From contig CAYVRA010000001.1 in NCBI GenBank assembly GCA_964452965.1, positions 1-31,924 on the forward strand: a DNA stretch of 31,924 nt, in the 5' to 3' direction. Under the pieces are notes generated by a model that was not told the origin of the DNA, searched no databases, and saw only the letters and a list, made by a program, of their open reading frames with translations. The translations under genes were made by a program, and so were the position numbers. This document shows positions 16,514 through 27,062 of the stretch, in pieces (the first letter of the stretch is position 1; every line of letters starts with the position of its first letter). The DNA comes from an uncultured Candidatus Saccharimonas sp. (GTDB taxonomy: Bacteria; Patescibacteriota; Saccharimonadia; Saccharimonadales; Saccharimonadaceae).

Positions 16514-19192
16514 ATGGGAGCGCGTTTTAAAGTGAAAAAATTTCTAGATAAAATCAAGAAAAAAAGCAAATCACAAAAACTAAGCGTTTATTCTAATCTT
16601 TCAAAGTCACGCAAAGCCAAGAAAGAAGCTAAACAGGTAAAAAAATCACAATATTTTGCTTCTTTACCTAAAAACCCGTTTAAAAGATTTACATATTTTT
16701 TAAAACCTAAAAATTTTGCGCATTATTGGTTTAGTAAACGCGGCTTAGTTATGTTTGGTAAAATTACTGGAATCGGATTGTTATTATTATGCTTGTTAAT
16801 TGGCGGGCTTTTTGTCTATTTCCGACAAGATTTAAATGCTATTAGCCCTGGTGAAATTAACAAACGCGTCCAAAGCACAGTAAATGTATACTTAGATCGT
16901 AACGGTCAAGTTTTATGGGAGGACAAAGGTAGCGGCGACTATAAACTAGTTGTCGACAGCGACCAAATTAGTCAATACCTAAAATATGCAACCGTCTCGA
17001 TTGAAGATAAGGATTTCTATAAACACGCGGGTGTCAGTTTATCTGGCTTGACTAGAGCATTTTTTAACAACCTTGGTGGCGGCAGCATTCAAGGCGGCTC
17101 AACACTGACCCAACAATTAGTTAAACAAGTTTATTTTGCTGATGAAGCCCAGCAGCGCGGCTTAAATGGTATACCAAGAAAGATCAAAGAATTAGTCTTG
17201 TCAATTGAAGTTGAGAGAATGTACAACAAAGACCAGATTTTAACGCTCTACTTAAACGAATCACCTTATGGCGGCCGACGAAATGGCGTAGAATCTGGCG
17301 CTCAAACATATTTTGGTAAATCAGCCAAAGATTTAAATATAGCCGAAGCTGCGCTATTAGCTGCTATACCTCAAAATCCATCTGTGTTTAATCCTTATAA
17401 CATTGCCGGGCATGATTCGCTTTTAGACAGACAACACACAGCAATAGATAATATGGCTGATCTAGGTTATATTACCAAAGACCAAGCCGATGAGGCTAAA
17501 AAGTACCCAATTATCGATAACCTGCTACCAGAGTCTGACCAATTTAAGAACGTAAAGGCACCTCATTTTGTCCAAATGGTTAAAACTCAACTAGAAGATT
17601 CTCTAGGCAAAACTGTCGTTGGTAAGGGCGGGCTAACTATTACAACCACTCTAGACCTAAGAATACAAACAAAACTAGAAGAAGCCATGGATGATATGTT
17701 CGCATCCTCTATGCCAGATTATGCTGGCTTTAGTGACGGCGCCGGTACTGTTGAAGATACAAAGACTGGTCAAATAGTAGCGTTACTCGGAAGCCGAGAC
17801 TATAATTATCCGGGCTTTGGTCAAGATAATGCAGCAATCTCAAGCATTCAACCAGGATCAACGGTAAAACCATTTGTATACGCTGAACTGTTCCAACAAA
17901 GGCCAAAAGGTCAACAAAATTATGGTAGCGGCAGTATATTAAGTGATGTGAATATTGACTCATTATATGGAGCCGTATTCCGAAACGCAGACCAACAATT
18001 TAGGGGTGATATAACTATAAGATCCAGCCTGGCTACATCTCGAAATATACCAGCGGCTAAAGCTATGTACATATCCGGAGTTAAAGCGACATTGGATACT
18101 ATTCATAGCCTTGGCGGTACAAGTTACTGTACTCAGGGCGACGAAGTAAATGTTGGCTTAGCAGCTTCAATTGGTGGATGTGGCATAAAACAAGTCGATC
18201 TTGTAAACGCCTATGCCTCATTGTCGCGACAAGGTGTATATAAGCCACAGTCAACAGTCCTAGAAGTAAAGGATAATGTCTCGAACCAAATCTTACAAAA
18301 ATGGGCAGATGTAGCCGGTGACCAAATTATTGATCCACAATCAGCTTATATAGTTACCGATATTTTAACCGACAAAATCGCCAGAATACCACTAGACGGG
18401 GTCCACCCAATCGGCATGGATATACCTGATGTCCAAACTGCTTCAAAAACCGGTACATCAGACCGAGGTGGATTGGCAAGAGACATTTGGATGGCCGGAT
18501 ATAGCCCGGTATTAGCAATGGCGGTATGGCTAGGAAACCCAGACGGTACAATACTTCAACGTGGATATTCAATAATCCCAGGCCCAATCATAGCTAAGGT
18601 TATGGAATACGCCCACAAAGAGGTATACGCACCAGCCGGCCTATGGAAATCAGGCGACTGGTACACCCAACCATCGGGCATTCAAAGAGTAGGTAGCGAA
18701 TTATACCCTTCATGGTGGTCAAAAGCTCAAAGTCAGACTACGGTTAAAATGACATTTGATACAGTATCAAAAAAGAAGGCGACCGATTTGACTCCGATTG
18801 ATGCTAGAGTAGAGCTTGATGTCACAAAAATGATAGACCCAATAACCAAAAAGGATGTCTTTATCGCTCCAGACGGTTTTGACAGCACAAAAGATGATGA
18901 TGTGCATCTTAGCACGGGCGCACCAACGATATCTCTAGCCGTAACCACTAGTACAGATAACATTTCTACAATCACAGCTACAATCATACCTGGTAACTTC
19001 ACAATTAAAGGCGTTGAGATTAAAGTTGGAGATATGGTACCAACACTAATATCTAACTATACTTATACATACACAACCACGGCCGCAAATACGACACCAC
19101 AAACCGTATCAGCAAAACTATCAGATAGCGGCTTTTATAACCCATCTGCAACCGCGACTATCCCCGCTTTTGCATCGTCAACAACGCCCTAA
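16514..19192 (+). CDS. Class A penicillin-binding protein (transglycosylase-transpeptidase)
   Basis: N-terminal TM helix; GT51 motifs EDKDF, GGSTLTQQ and RKIKE; transpeptidase SxxK (STVK), SxN (SRN) and KTG. Confidence 0.95.
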   Translation: MGARFKVKKFLDKIKKKSKSQKLSVYSNLSKSRKAKKEAKQVKKSQYFASLPKNPFKRFTYFLKPKNFAHYWFSKRGLVMFGKITGIGLLLLCLLIGGLFVYFRQDLNAISPGEINKRVQSTVNVYLDRNGQVLWEDKGSGDYKLVVDSDQISQYLKYATVSIEDKDFYKHAGVSLSGLTRAFFNNLGGGSIQGGSTLTQQLVKQVYFADEAQQRGLNGIPRKIKELVLSIEVERMYNKDQILTLYLNESPYGGRRNGVESGAQTYFGKSAKDLNIAEAALLAAIPQNPSVFNPYNIAGHDSLLDRQHTAIDNMADLGYITKDQADEAKKYPIIDNLLPESDQFKNVKAPHFVQMVKTQLEDSLGKTVVGKGGLTITTTLDLRIQTKLEEAMDDMFASSMPDYAGFSDGAGTVEDTKTGQIVALLGSRDYNYPGFGQDNAAISSIQPGSTVKPFVYAELFQQRPKGQQNYGSGSILSDVNIDSLYGAVFRNADQQFRGDITIRSSLATSRNIPAAKAMYISGVKATLDTIHSLGGTSYCTQGDEVNVGLAASIGGCGIKQVDLVNAYASLSRQGVYKPQSTVLEVKDNVSNQILQKWADVAGDQIIDPQSAYIVTDILTDKIARIPLDGVHPIGMDIPDVQTASKTGTSDRGGLARDIWMAGYSPVLAMAVWLGNPDGTILQRGYSIIPGPIIAKVMEYAHKEVYAPAGLWKSGDWYTQPSGIQRVGSELYPSWWSKAQSQTTVKMTFDTVSKKKATDLTPIDARVELDVTKMIDPITKKDVFIAPDGFDSTKDDDVHLSTGAPTISLAVTTSTDNISTITATIIPGNFTIKGVEIKVGDMVPTLISNYTYTYTTTAANTTPQTVSAKLSDSGFYNPSATATIPAFASSTTP

Positions 19193-19236
19193 AAAACCAT
19201 AGAATAGCTACGCCTAATTTTGCTTATTAGTATTTA

Positions 19237-20076
19237 CTATTGCTTATTTGCTAAATTGACTAAGTTATCTTCAACCTTTGATGATTTGCTTTTGTATTGT
19301 TTTTTGTAATTAAATTTAGGCTTGGATTGACTATCACGCTGATCGTTATTCTGTCGTCGATTATCAGTTTTGTTCGACTTATCTGGATTAACAATCTTTG
19401 CAAACATCATCTTACCAGCTGCGGTCTGTAAACTGCGAATAAATTCAACCTCGACAGTTTGACCGATTTTACTATTAGCGCGCTCGACAACAACCATTGT
19501 GCCATCAGATAAATGACCAACAGCCTGATGAGAGTCCTGACCCTTTTGAGTTAGCTCGATTAATGTTTTTTCGCCAGGCAAATAAGCCATACGGAGGCTC
19601 ATCGCTAAATCATTTACATTCAAAACAGAAATACCTTCAACCCGAGCTACTTTATTTAGATTATAATCTATCGTGCAAATCGAGCCATTATATCTTTTAG
19701 CTAGTGTCAATAATTGCTCATCAACACCATTTTTTGCCCGCGAACCATCTTGAAATATCTCAGTTTTCACCAGTATTATATCCTGCAGGATAGAAACAAC
19801 ATCAAGTCCATGCCTAGCCCTTGAGCGTTTTTCGGCATCGGCATTATCAGCTAAAAATTGCAACTCACCGATAACGCTGCGCGGAATCACCAATTTGCCG
19901 CTGATAAAACCTGATTGCGCCACGGCTATAATACGACCGTCGATTAAAACCGACGTATCGACAAAAATCGGCTTTATCTCTTTACGACGAGCAAGCCTTT
20001 TTGTGTTTACTAACGCTAGATATGTGACTTGAGCTAATATCACAACCAGTAAAATAATAATAAAAATGTTTTCCAT
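19237..20076 (-). CDS. PIN/TRAM domain membrane protein (YacL-like)
   Basis: TM helix, PIN motifs VDTSVLIDGR and T.DYNLNKVA, and TRAM motif G.L.DGTMVVVE. Confidence 0.9.
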   Translation of the reverse strand: MENIFIIILLVVILAQVTYLALVNTKRLARRKEIKPIFVDTSVLIDGRIIAVAQSGFISGKLVIPRSVIGELQFLADNADAEKRSRARHGLDVVSILQDIILVKTEIFQDGSRAKNGVDEQLLTLAKRYNGSICTIDYNLNKVARVEGISVLNVNDLAMSLRMAYLPGEKTLIELTQKGQDSHQAVGHLSDGTMVVVERANSKIGQTVEVEFIRSLQTAAGKMMFAKIVNPDKSNKTDNRRQNNDQRDSQSKPKFNYKKQYKSKSSKVEDNLVNLANKQ

Positions 20077-20114
20077 ATTTTTTCCTTTTTCCTCGCAAAA
20101 ATGCGAATTAAGAT

Positions 20115-21470
20115 TTATTTTTGTAAATAATCAATTAAAGCAGTGCGCAAATCACCAACCTCTTTAATAAATGAGTTCTTTGAAGCTCCAGCGGGCGCAA
20201 TTGCCAGTTTAAAACCTAATTTTTTAGCCTCGGCCACTCGTCGATCAGCCGAATAGGCCGATCTAATCTCGCCACCCAAACCAACTTCGCCAAAAACAAC
20301 TACACCATCATCGATCCGCCTAGATGCTGCCGCGCTAGCTATTGCCATACAAACCGCCAAATCGGCCGCTTGATCATTTAATTTCAACCCACCGACGACA
20401 TTAATATAAATATCCTTATCTGATAAATTCAGTTTTGTCCTTTTTTCCAAAACCGCGACTAGTAAATTCAACCGGTTTAAATCAAAGCCGCTGGCGGTTC
20501 GCTTTGGATAACCAAAACTAGTCGAATTAACCAATGCCTGAATTTCTACCAGTAGCGGCCTAGTGCCTTCAATTGTAGCTAAAACCACCGATCCATCAGA
20601 ATTTTGCCTTTCAGCCAGCAAGGCAGCAGAAGGATTTTCAACTAGTTTCAAACCGTCTTGATTCATTTCAAAAATAGCCGCCTCATTAGTTGAACCAAAC
20701 CGATTTTTAGCCGCTCGAACAATCTTAAAGCCGCCGTATCTATCACCCTCAAACTGCAGAACAACATCGACCAAATGTTCAAGCACCTTAGGCCCAGCAA
20801 TACTACCCTCTTTTGTGACATGACCGACCAAAATCACCGCCGCACCAGATTGTTTAGCGGCCCTGATAATCACATTACTACTATTAGTGATTTGACTAAC
20901 CGTTCCAGGGGCGGACGCAATTTCGTCAAGCGATAATGTCTGAATCGAGTCAATTATAACTAATTTATAGCCGCCCGAACGAATAGTTGCGGCAATATCA
21001 TCAGCACTAGTACTAGACACAAAACTAAGTTGCTCATGCTTATCCGCACCTAGGCGCTTGGCGCGTAGCTTAACTTGGCCAGCCGATTCCTCGCCGCTGG
21101 CATACAGTACAGCCGCACTGCGCGCGATATGGGCCGAGACCTGAAGAAGTAATGTACTTTTACCTATACCCGGCTGTCCGGCCATTAAAACAACGCTGCC
21201 AGGTAAAACGCCCCCGCCTAAAACATCGTCTAAATCCTTAAACCCTGTCAAAAGTCTTTGGCTGTCCTCTTTTGCGTCGATTGAGCCTATGGTCTGAGCT
21301 ATAAGGACCCTACCTGAAGTGCTACTTCTAGAAACGGCAGATTTGCCGCTATCGACAGCTAACTGCTCGACCATCGTATTCCACTGCCCGCAATTATCGC
21401 ACCTACCCGACCACTTAGAATAGGACGCCCCGCAATTTTGACAAACAAATTGAGTTTTTGATTTTACCAT
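20115..21470 (-). CDS. radA: DNA repair protein RadA/Sms
   Basis: C4 zinc finger, Walker A GQPGIGKST, KNRFG motif and a Lon-like C-terminal domain. Confidence 0.97.
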   Translation of the reverse strand: MVKSKTQFVCQNCGASYSKWSGRCDNCGQWNTMVEQLAVDSGKSAVSRSSTSGRVLIAQTIGSIDAKEDSQRLLTGFKDLDDVLGGGVLPGSVVLMAGQPGIGKSTLLLQVSAHIARSAAVLYASGEESAGQVKLRAKRLGADKHEQLSFVSSTSADDIAATIRSGGYKLVIIDSIQTLSLDEIASAPGTVSQITNSSNVIIRAAKQSGAAVILVGHVTKEGSIAGPKVLEHLVDVVLQFEGDRYGGFKIVRAAKNRFGSTNEAAIFEMNQDGLKLVENPSAALLAERQNSDGSVVLATIEGTRPLLVEIQALVNSTSFGYPKRTASGFDLNRLNLLVAVLEKRTKLNLSDKDIYINVVGGLKLNDQAADLAVCMAIASAAASRRIDDGVVVFGEVGLGGEIRSAYSADRRVAEAKKLGFKLAIAPAGASKNSFIKEVGDLRTALIDYLQK

Positions 21471-21486
21471 TTATATATATTATAGC

Positions 21487-22488
21487 TTATATTGATGGGG
21501 TTGGAGCCAAGTTGCTGTCGATGCTCTTATATAAATCCTGTGATTGTGTAGCTAGCGAATTATATTCACCAAGAATTACATTATATTGATTTATTTCGTT
21601 ATTTAGATATACCCTTCTTGAATCAATCAAATCTATACTATTCACCAGTTGCTCTCTTTGACTATCAAACTGCTCTTGAGACAAGAAAACATTATTTCTT
21701 GCATCTTCATTGAATAATTGAATATCGCTATTTAGCTTATTAATGTTTGAATTATATTGATTGGTCTTATCGGTAATATCAGTTGCAATTATATCCATTT
21801 TTGACTTTAAATCACTAGCTTTATCCCTTACGGTCTTAAATACAGTTATGTATTTTTGATTTAGACTGACAACTTTTTGTCGATTAGAAAAATATTTATC
21901 ATAATATACCTCAAGCTCTGGATTTATTGAGGCAACTTCTGTGCCTATAATTGAAAAAAGTTCATTATCACGCTGCCCAACTTCCGAGCGATCATAAAAG
22001 GCCATTTTTTCCTTAAAATCACCGTCAGGAATTAATCTTGTATACTCTAACTCTAATAGTAAATTTATTTTTGATTTTTCAGACTCGCCTAGTCTTGAAT
22101 AAATAGCGTGTAATGCCTCGTGAGCGGCAGTAACCTCGCGAACTCCGTCTAATTTTGGATCAGTCACATTATAAATATAAATTAGGCCATTATTGTAACA
22201 GCCTAAAATAGAAGTCGTAACCTCAGCTCGTTGACAATTATTATTAAAATCTTGCGCATTTTCTATTTTTGGCTGGCCAGCAAGATAAAAGAACTTTCCA
22301 TTATCGTTCATTCCGGCCCGATCGACCAAATCCAAAACACTAGCTGCTGGAACAAACCGCCAAACCGTAACTCTATCAATAATATATTGCTTGTTTAAAT
22401 AGGCTAAAGTCGCCAAAAAAACAAACGCCACTAAAACAATAGATTTTACGACTAATTTAAATATCTTACGGCCTTTTCTTAACGGCAT
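21487..22488 (-). CDS. Membrane-anchored protein with an HExxH zincin-like motif and a C-terminal coiled coil
   Basis: N-terminal hydrophobic helix, AAHEALHA, a downstream ELFS and a heptad-rich tail. Confidence 0.75.
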   Translation of the reverse strand: MPLRKGRKIFKLVVKSIVLVAFVFLATLAYLNKQYIIDRVTVWRFVPAASVLDLVDRAGMNDNGKFFYLAGQPKIENAQDFNNNCQRAEVTTSILGCYNNGLIYIYNVTDPKLDGVREVTAAHEALHAIYSRLGESEKSKINLLLELEYTRLIPDGDFKEKMAFYDRSEVGQRDNELFSIIGTEVASINPELEVYYDKYFSNRQKVVSLNQKYITVFKTVRDKASDLKSKMDIIATDITDKTNQYNSNINKLNSDIQLFNEDARNNVFLSQEQFDSQREQLVNSIDLIDSRRVYLNNEINQYNVILGEYNSLATQSQDLYKSIDSNLAPTPSI

Positions 22489-22516
22489 CCGACCCCCTAT
22501 TTGTTTATATTATAAA

Positions 22517-23638
22517 CTATTCGGCGATTTCTTGAACGGCTTCAAGCAAGCTATCTTCAATATTTTTGCTGCTTTTAGGTGCAACTTTAACGACTGGCTT
22601 GGCTTGCTCGATATCAAGCTCATAACCAGTTAATCGGCTAGCTAGACGTACATTTTGTCCAGCACGACCAATAGCAATCGACTGTTGGGATTAATCAACC
22701 GAAACAGTTGCTCGTTTTGCCTTCTCGTCAATTGTTACTTTTGCAACTTCAGCTGGGCTTAGGGCATTTTTGATAAATTGGCTAATGTCTTTATCGTAAG
22801 AAACAATATCAATTTTTTCTTGATCACCAATTTCATTCATGACTGCTTGTACTCGTGTGCCGTGCCCACCAACGAATGTGCCAACTGGATCGATACCAGG
22901 AACGGTACTTGCAACTGCAATTTTAGTTCGGCGACCAGCTTCACGAGCGATAGCTTTAATTTCAACTGCGCCAGTTTCAATTTCTGGAACTTCTTGACGG
23001 AAAAGATACTCAACAAATTTTTCATTGCCGCGACTCAAAATTAATTGTTGACCACGACTATCGCGTTCGATTTCTTTAATAAAAACCTTAATCCGACTAC
23101 CGACATTATAAAATTCACCTTGAATTTGTTCGCTTTGTGGAATAATACCAGTAGCCTTACCAAGGTCGACACGAATAACGCGAGGTTCGATTCGTTGCAC
23201 GATACCATTTACGACTGTGCCAATTTTATCCTCGTACTCTTCCAGGACAACTTCGCGCTCAGCCTCACGTAGTCGTTGCAAAACAACCTGCTTAGCAGTC
23301 TGGGCAGCCACACGGCCAAAAGTAGTAACGGCATGTTTTTCTTCGATAATATCACCTAATTTAGCATCTTTTTTAACTTTTTTAGCATCAGACAAACTGA
23401 TTTCAACGGCTGGAAGGCCGACATCTTCAACAACTTCACGCGACACAAAAACATTAGCCGTGCCGTCATTGACGTTTAACTCACTGCGGACTTCTTGCTC
23501 GCGATCACCATTATCTCGGCGCCAAGCGGCGGCGATAGCTTGTTCGATAACCGCTAAAACAGTCTCTTCTGGTAGATTTTTTTCCTCTGCAATGGTCCTA
23601 ACCGCTAAAGTTAATTGTTTAATATTTAGTTCTTCCAT
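22517..23638 (-). CDS. nusA: Transcription termination/antitermination factor NusA, with an in-frame TAA at 22691-22693
   Basis: NTD, S1 and KH1 motifs (FGRVAAQTAKQV, LSR, REAGRRTKIAV). The KH2 sequence SIAIGRAGQNVRLASRLTGYELDI continues in frame after the TAA to TAG at 22517. Confidence 0.95.
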
Positions 23639-23959
23639 ATTTTTCTCCTTTGTTTTCTTATTTAAAAAAGCCGACCTGCCGGCCGACGATATGCAATGTA
23701 CGATTTAACAATTTAATTATATATCACAATCATGGACTTGGCAACATCTGGCCGGGGCATTTAGATAAAATATTATTAATTGCGTCTTTTCCAGACTGAA
23801 TTACCTAAAGACTATAATTTTGCTTGACGGCAATTTGTCGTGGCACATACTGGCAATGAAAAGACTTGTTAGACGGCAACTAAACTAACGCATCGCTATC
23901 ACTTTTTTCCATATTTGCCTTGACGCCAACCGCCAAAAGCCCCAATGAATCATTAATCG

Positions 23960-24670
23960 CTAGAACTCATTTTCTCCATAACTGTGCAGTAATTCTACAT
24001 AAGGTATACCCTTGATGCCTATCTCCATTTCTTGATAGAAACTTTTGTATGTATCTTTTTCGTTTTTCATATCATCAAACGAGCGCCATTCATTATGACC
24101 ACCCTCAAAATCATCAATAAGTTTTCCGCTAGTCTTTTGGCACAACATAATATGAAAAATTTTGTCTTCCACTATCTCACCATTAGTATCATGCATAACA
24201 CGCTCATGAAATATCCCACGATGTTCAAATTTACCATTCAGGCCAGTTTCCTCTTCTAGTTCGCGGCTAGCAGCATCAACAATTGACTCGCCCCAGCGAA
24301 CCTTACCAGTAGGCGCACCCCAAAAACCATAATATGGATGTTTGCGACGTTGCTGCAGCAAATACTCTTTTGTGCCGCCAACTTCCCGCTCAATCACCAA
24401 CATAACAACAACTTTTGGCTGTCTTTCTATCACGCCAGCATCTGTATCTAGTTTATTGGCGTATTCTTTGCCAATAATAGTAAGCTTATAGTCACCTTTT
24501 TGTGTTTTATCTACATAACCAATTTCAACAAGTCTTCCTATATGAAATTTAAAGTGGTCACTATCTAAACCGCTATTCTTTTGAACGTCTGCGAATCTAG
24601 CCGATTTGACAAACAATAAATCGCGCAGTATTAATGTTTGAACTTCATGAATCTTAGCCTCATATGTCAT
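23960..24670 (-). CDS. Nudix hydrolase with an N-terminal winged-HTH
   Basis: Nudix box GKVRWGESIVDAASRELEEETGL. The N-terminal FHIGRLVEIGYV...Y.LT..G pattern is wHTH-like. Confidence 0.88.
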   Translation of the reverse strand: MTYEAKIHEVQTLILRDLLFVKSARFADVQKNSGLDSDHFKFHIGRLVEIGYVDKTQKGDYKLTIIGKEYANKLDTDAGVIERQPKVVVMLVIEREVGGTKEYLLQQRRKHPYYGFWGAPTGKVRWGESIVDAASRELEEETGLNGKFEHRGIFHERVMHDTNGEIVEDKIFHIMLCQKTSGKLIDDFEGGHNEWRSFDDMKNEKDTYKSFYQEMEIGIKGIPYVELLHSYGENEF

Positions 24671-24708
24671 ATTATTAACTCCTTGCTATTAAGATTAGCC
24701 CGAACGTC

Positions 24709-24748
24709 TTTTTTAGTCTAGGGAAGTGAGCTTCCCTAGACTAAAAAA
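24709..24748. repeat. Perfect 18-bp inverted repeat with a 4-nt loop
   Basis: TTTTTTAGTCTAGGGAAG-TGAG-CTTCCCTAGACTAAAAAA. Confidence 0.9.
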
Positions 24749-24820
24749 ACACTCAATTTGGTATAATACAATTTAGATTATTTAATAAAATAAATATTTA
24801 TTAACATTTGGGAGAATTAA

Positions 24821-26734
24821 ATGACAGTTTTTGATAAAAGTGTGCGCCCACAAGATGATTTTTTTGGCTATGTAAATAATAATTGGCTAAAGAATAACCC
24901 GATACCGGCCGATGAAAGTGCCTGGGGAACTTTTTACGCCTTGCGAGATAAATCGTCTATGGCAGTAAAGGCTATAATTAGCGAGATAAACGCTAAACCT
25001 CAAGATTTATTAACAAATGACCAAAAACTCATCAAGCAGTTCTTTAAAACAGCTCTAAAATATAATAAATTAAAAGATAATCATCTGAATACTGTTAATA
25101 ATGAGCTACAAAAAATAGATGAGTTAACCGACAAAAGCCAACTTGCAAAATACATTGGAGAATCACACCGCAAAGGCTTTGGTATGTTTTGGAGCAACTA
25201 TATTGGTGTTGACGACAAGAACAGCCAGACTCAAGTATTTTGTTTTTTTCAGGGTGGCCTAACTTTGCCAAATTGTGATTATTATCTAGATAAAAAGCCA
25301 GAAATAGCCAAAATTAGAGATGAATATAGGAACTATTTTAATGCAGCGACTAATTTAATATCCAAAGATAAGATTAATTGGGATAATATCTGGGATATCG
25401 AATTAAGGCTAGCAAAATCCTCTTGGACAAACGTTCAACTGCGAGATGTTGAAAAAAATTATAATCATTTTAAAGTTGATGAATTAATTGCACAATTTCC
25501 CAAATTTAATTGGATGAAATATTTTAAATCCCAAAACTGGAGCAACCCCAGCGACAACATAGTGATTGGCCAACCATCGTTTATGAATGACTGCTTAGAT
25601 ATAATCGAGACTTCGACAATGAATAAGATTAAGGATTATTTGCGTTGGTCAATAATCGACAATTTAATCAATTGGATTGATAATAGCTCTACCAAAACAG
25701 CCTTTAACTTTTACGGCAGAGTGCTTGGTGGCAAGGCCAATAATAGCCCTATATGGAAAAGAGCCGTGAAACAGGCTGACCAATTAATAATCGGCGAAAT
25801 CATAGGTAAAGAATACGCTATAAAGCTTTTTCCAAAATCATCCAAAAAAGAAGTTCTACAGATCGTAAATGATATCAAAAAAGCCTATCACAATAGAATA
25901 AAAACTAGTAAATGGATGGCAGAAAATACCAAGCAAAAAGCCCACATTAAACTTGATAATATCAGACCACTTATAGGCTATCCATCAATCTGGAAAGATT
26001 TATCAAAATTAAATTTTTGTGATGATAATCATCTGCAAAATATATTAGCAGCCAGACAATTAAAATCGGATTTTGAAATGTTAAAAATCGGTGCCAAACC
26101 ACCTGCCGAAGACTGGCAAATGAATGCACACACAGTAAACGCTTATTATGATCCAAACCAATCAGTAATATGTTTTCCGGCAGCAATATTGCAACCACCC
26201 TTATATAATCAAAAGGCCAGTTATGCAACCAATCTGGGCGGAATTGGCGCTGTGGTAGCGCATGAGCTAACCCATGGTTTTGATGACCAAGGCTCACAAT
26301 TTGACGAGAGCGGCAATGTGAAGCAATGGATTAGTGATGCAGAGTTAAAGAAATTTAAGCGACTATCTAGACCAATAATAATACAGGCTAATAATTATGA
26401 AGCGCTACCTGGAATGTTTTTAAAAGGAAAACTAGTGATCGGCGAAGTCATTGCCGATATCGGCGGCATAGAGCTAGCCATAGAAGCCCTGGGATTAAAA
26501 GGTCAAAAAAATAAAAAAAATCTACAACAACTATTTACCAATGCAGCCGTATTTGAATGTGGCAATATTCGCGATGAAGCGGCTATCGAAAGAATCAAGA
26601 TTGATCCACATCCACCAGCAAAGTTCCGAATCAATTGCACGATGAGCCACGTAAACGAATTTTATAACACATATAATATAGGCCCGGACGATAAGATGTA
26701 TCTACCACCAGAAAAACGGTCTCATATTTGGTAA
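24821..26734 (+). CDS. M13 family metallopeptidase (PepO/neprilysin-like)
   Basis: PQDDFFGYVN, VNAYY, PAAILQPP, AHELTHGFDDQG, GEVIAD and HPP..FR. Confidence 0.95.
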   Translation: MTVFDKSVRPQDDFFGYVNNNWLKNNPIPADESAWGTFYALRDKSSMAVKAIISEINAKPQDLLTNDQKLIKQFFKTALKYNKLKDNHLNTVNNELQKIDELTDKSQLAKYIGESHRKGFGMFWSNYIGVDDKNSQTQVFCFFQGGLTLPNCDYYLDKKPEIAKIRDEYRNYFNAATNLISKDKINWDNIWDIELRLAKSSWTNVQLRDVEKNYNHFKVDELIAQFPKFNWMKYFKSQNWSNPSDNIVIGQPSFMNDCLDIIETSTMNKIKDYLRWSIIDNLINWIDNSSTKTAFNFYGRVLGGKANNSPIWKRAVKQADQLIIGEIIGKEYAIKLFPKSSKKEVLQIVNDIKKAYHNRIKTSKWMAENTKQKAHIKLDNIRPLIGYPSIWKDLSKLNFCDDNHLQNILAARQLKSDFEMLKIGAKPPAEDWQMNAHTVNAYYDPNQSVICFPAAILQPPLYNQKASYATNLGGIGAVVAHELTHGFDDQGSQFDESGNVKQWISDAELKKFKRLSRPIIIQANNYEALPGMFLKGKLVIGEVIADIGGIELAIEALGLKGQKNKKNLQQLFTNAAVFECGNIRDEAAIERIKIDPHPPAKFRINCTMSHVNEFYNTYNIGPDDKMYLPPEKRSHIW

Positions 26735-26735
26735 T

Positions 26736-27062
26736 CTAAACTTCAATAAAATCATCAATTTTTAGCGGCTGGCCGCCAACAGATACGACCGCTAGGCGCA
26801 AATTCGTATTAGATATTTTATTACTTAAGGCATAAAAATTAGCCGCAAATTTCATCTGGTTTAATTTTTTATTAGTTATCGCATCAAGTCCGCCGCCCTG
26901 ATTAGCGTTTTTGCGATATTTAACCTCTGTAAAATAAATTACGTTCTTAAGTTTTGAAACTATATCAATTTCGCGATATCTAGTCTTCCAGCTTCGATTT
27001 AGCATTTCGTGTTTTTGTTTAATTAAATAATTAGCCACTACAGCTTCGGCATTATCACATAT
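26736..27062 (-). CDS. yraN: YraN/UPF0102-family nuclease-fold domain, in frame with rnhB and possibly decaying
   Basis: DNAEAVVANYL, EIDIV, F.EVKYR and ITNKK motifs. The first possible start is GTG at 27038, but the homologous-looking sequence begins right after the rnhB stop. Confidence 0.75.
   Translation of the reverse strand: MCDNAEAVVANYLIKQKHEMLNRSWKTRYREIDIVSKLKNVIYFTEVKYRKNANQGGGLDAITNKKLNQMKFAANFYALSNKISNTNLRLAVVSVGGQPLKIDDFIEV

Noticed and set aside
22778-23708. Plus-strand ORFs (88, 75 and 163 aa) and a 62-aa alternative frame over nusA
   Set aside because: These are antisense or alternative frames of a conserved gene.
25971-26297. 108-aa minus ORF inside the M13 peptidase gene, and similar short nested ORFs elsewhere in the track
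   Set aside because: They are fully nested in strongly supported CDSs and have no independent signals.
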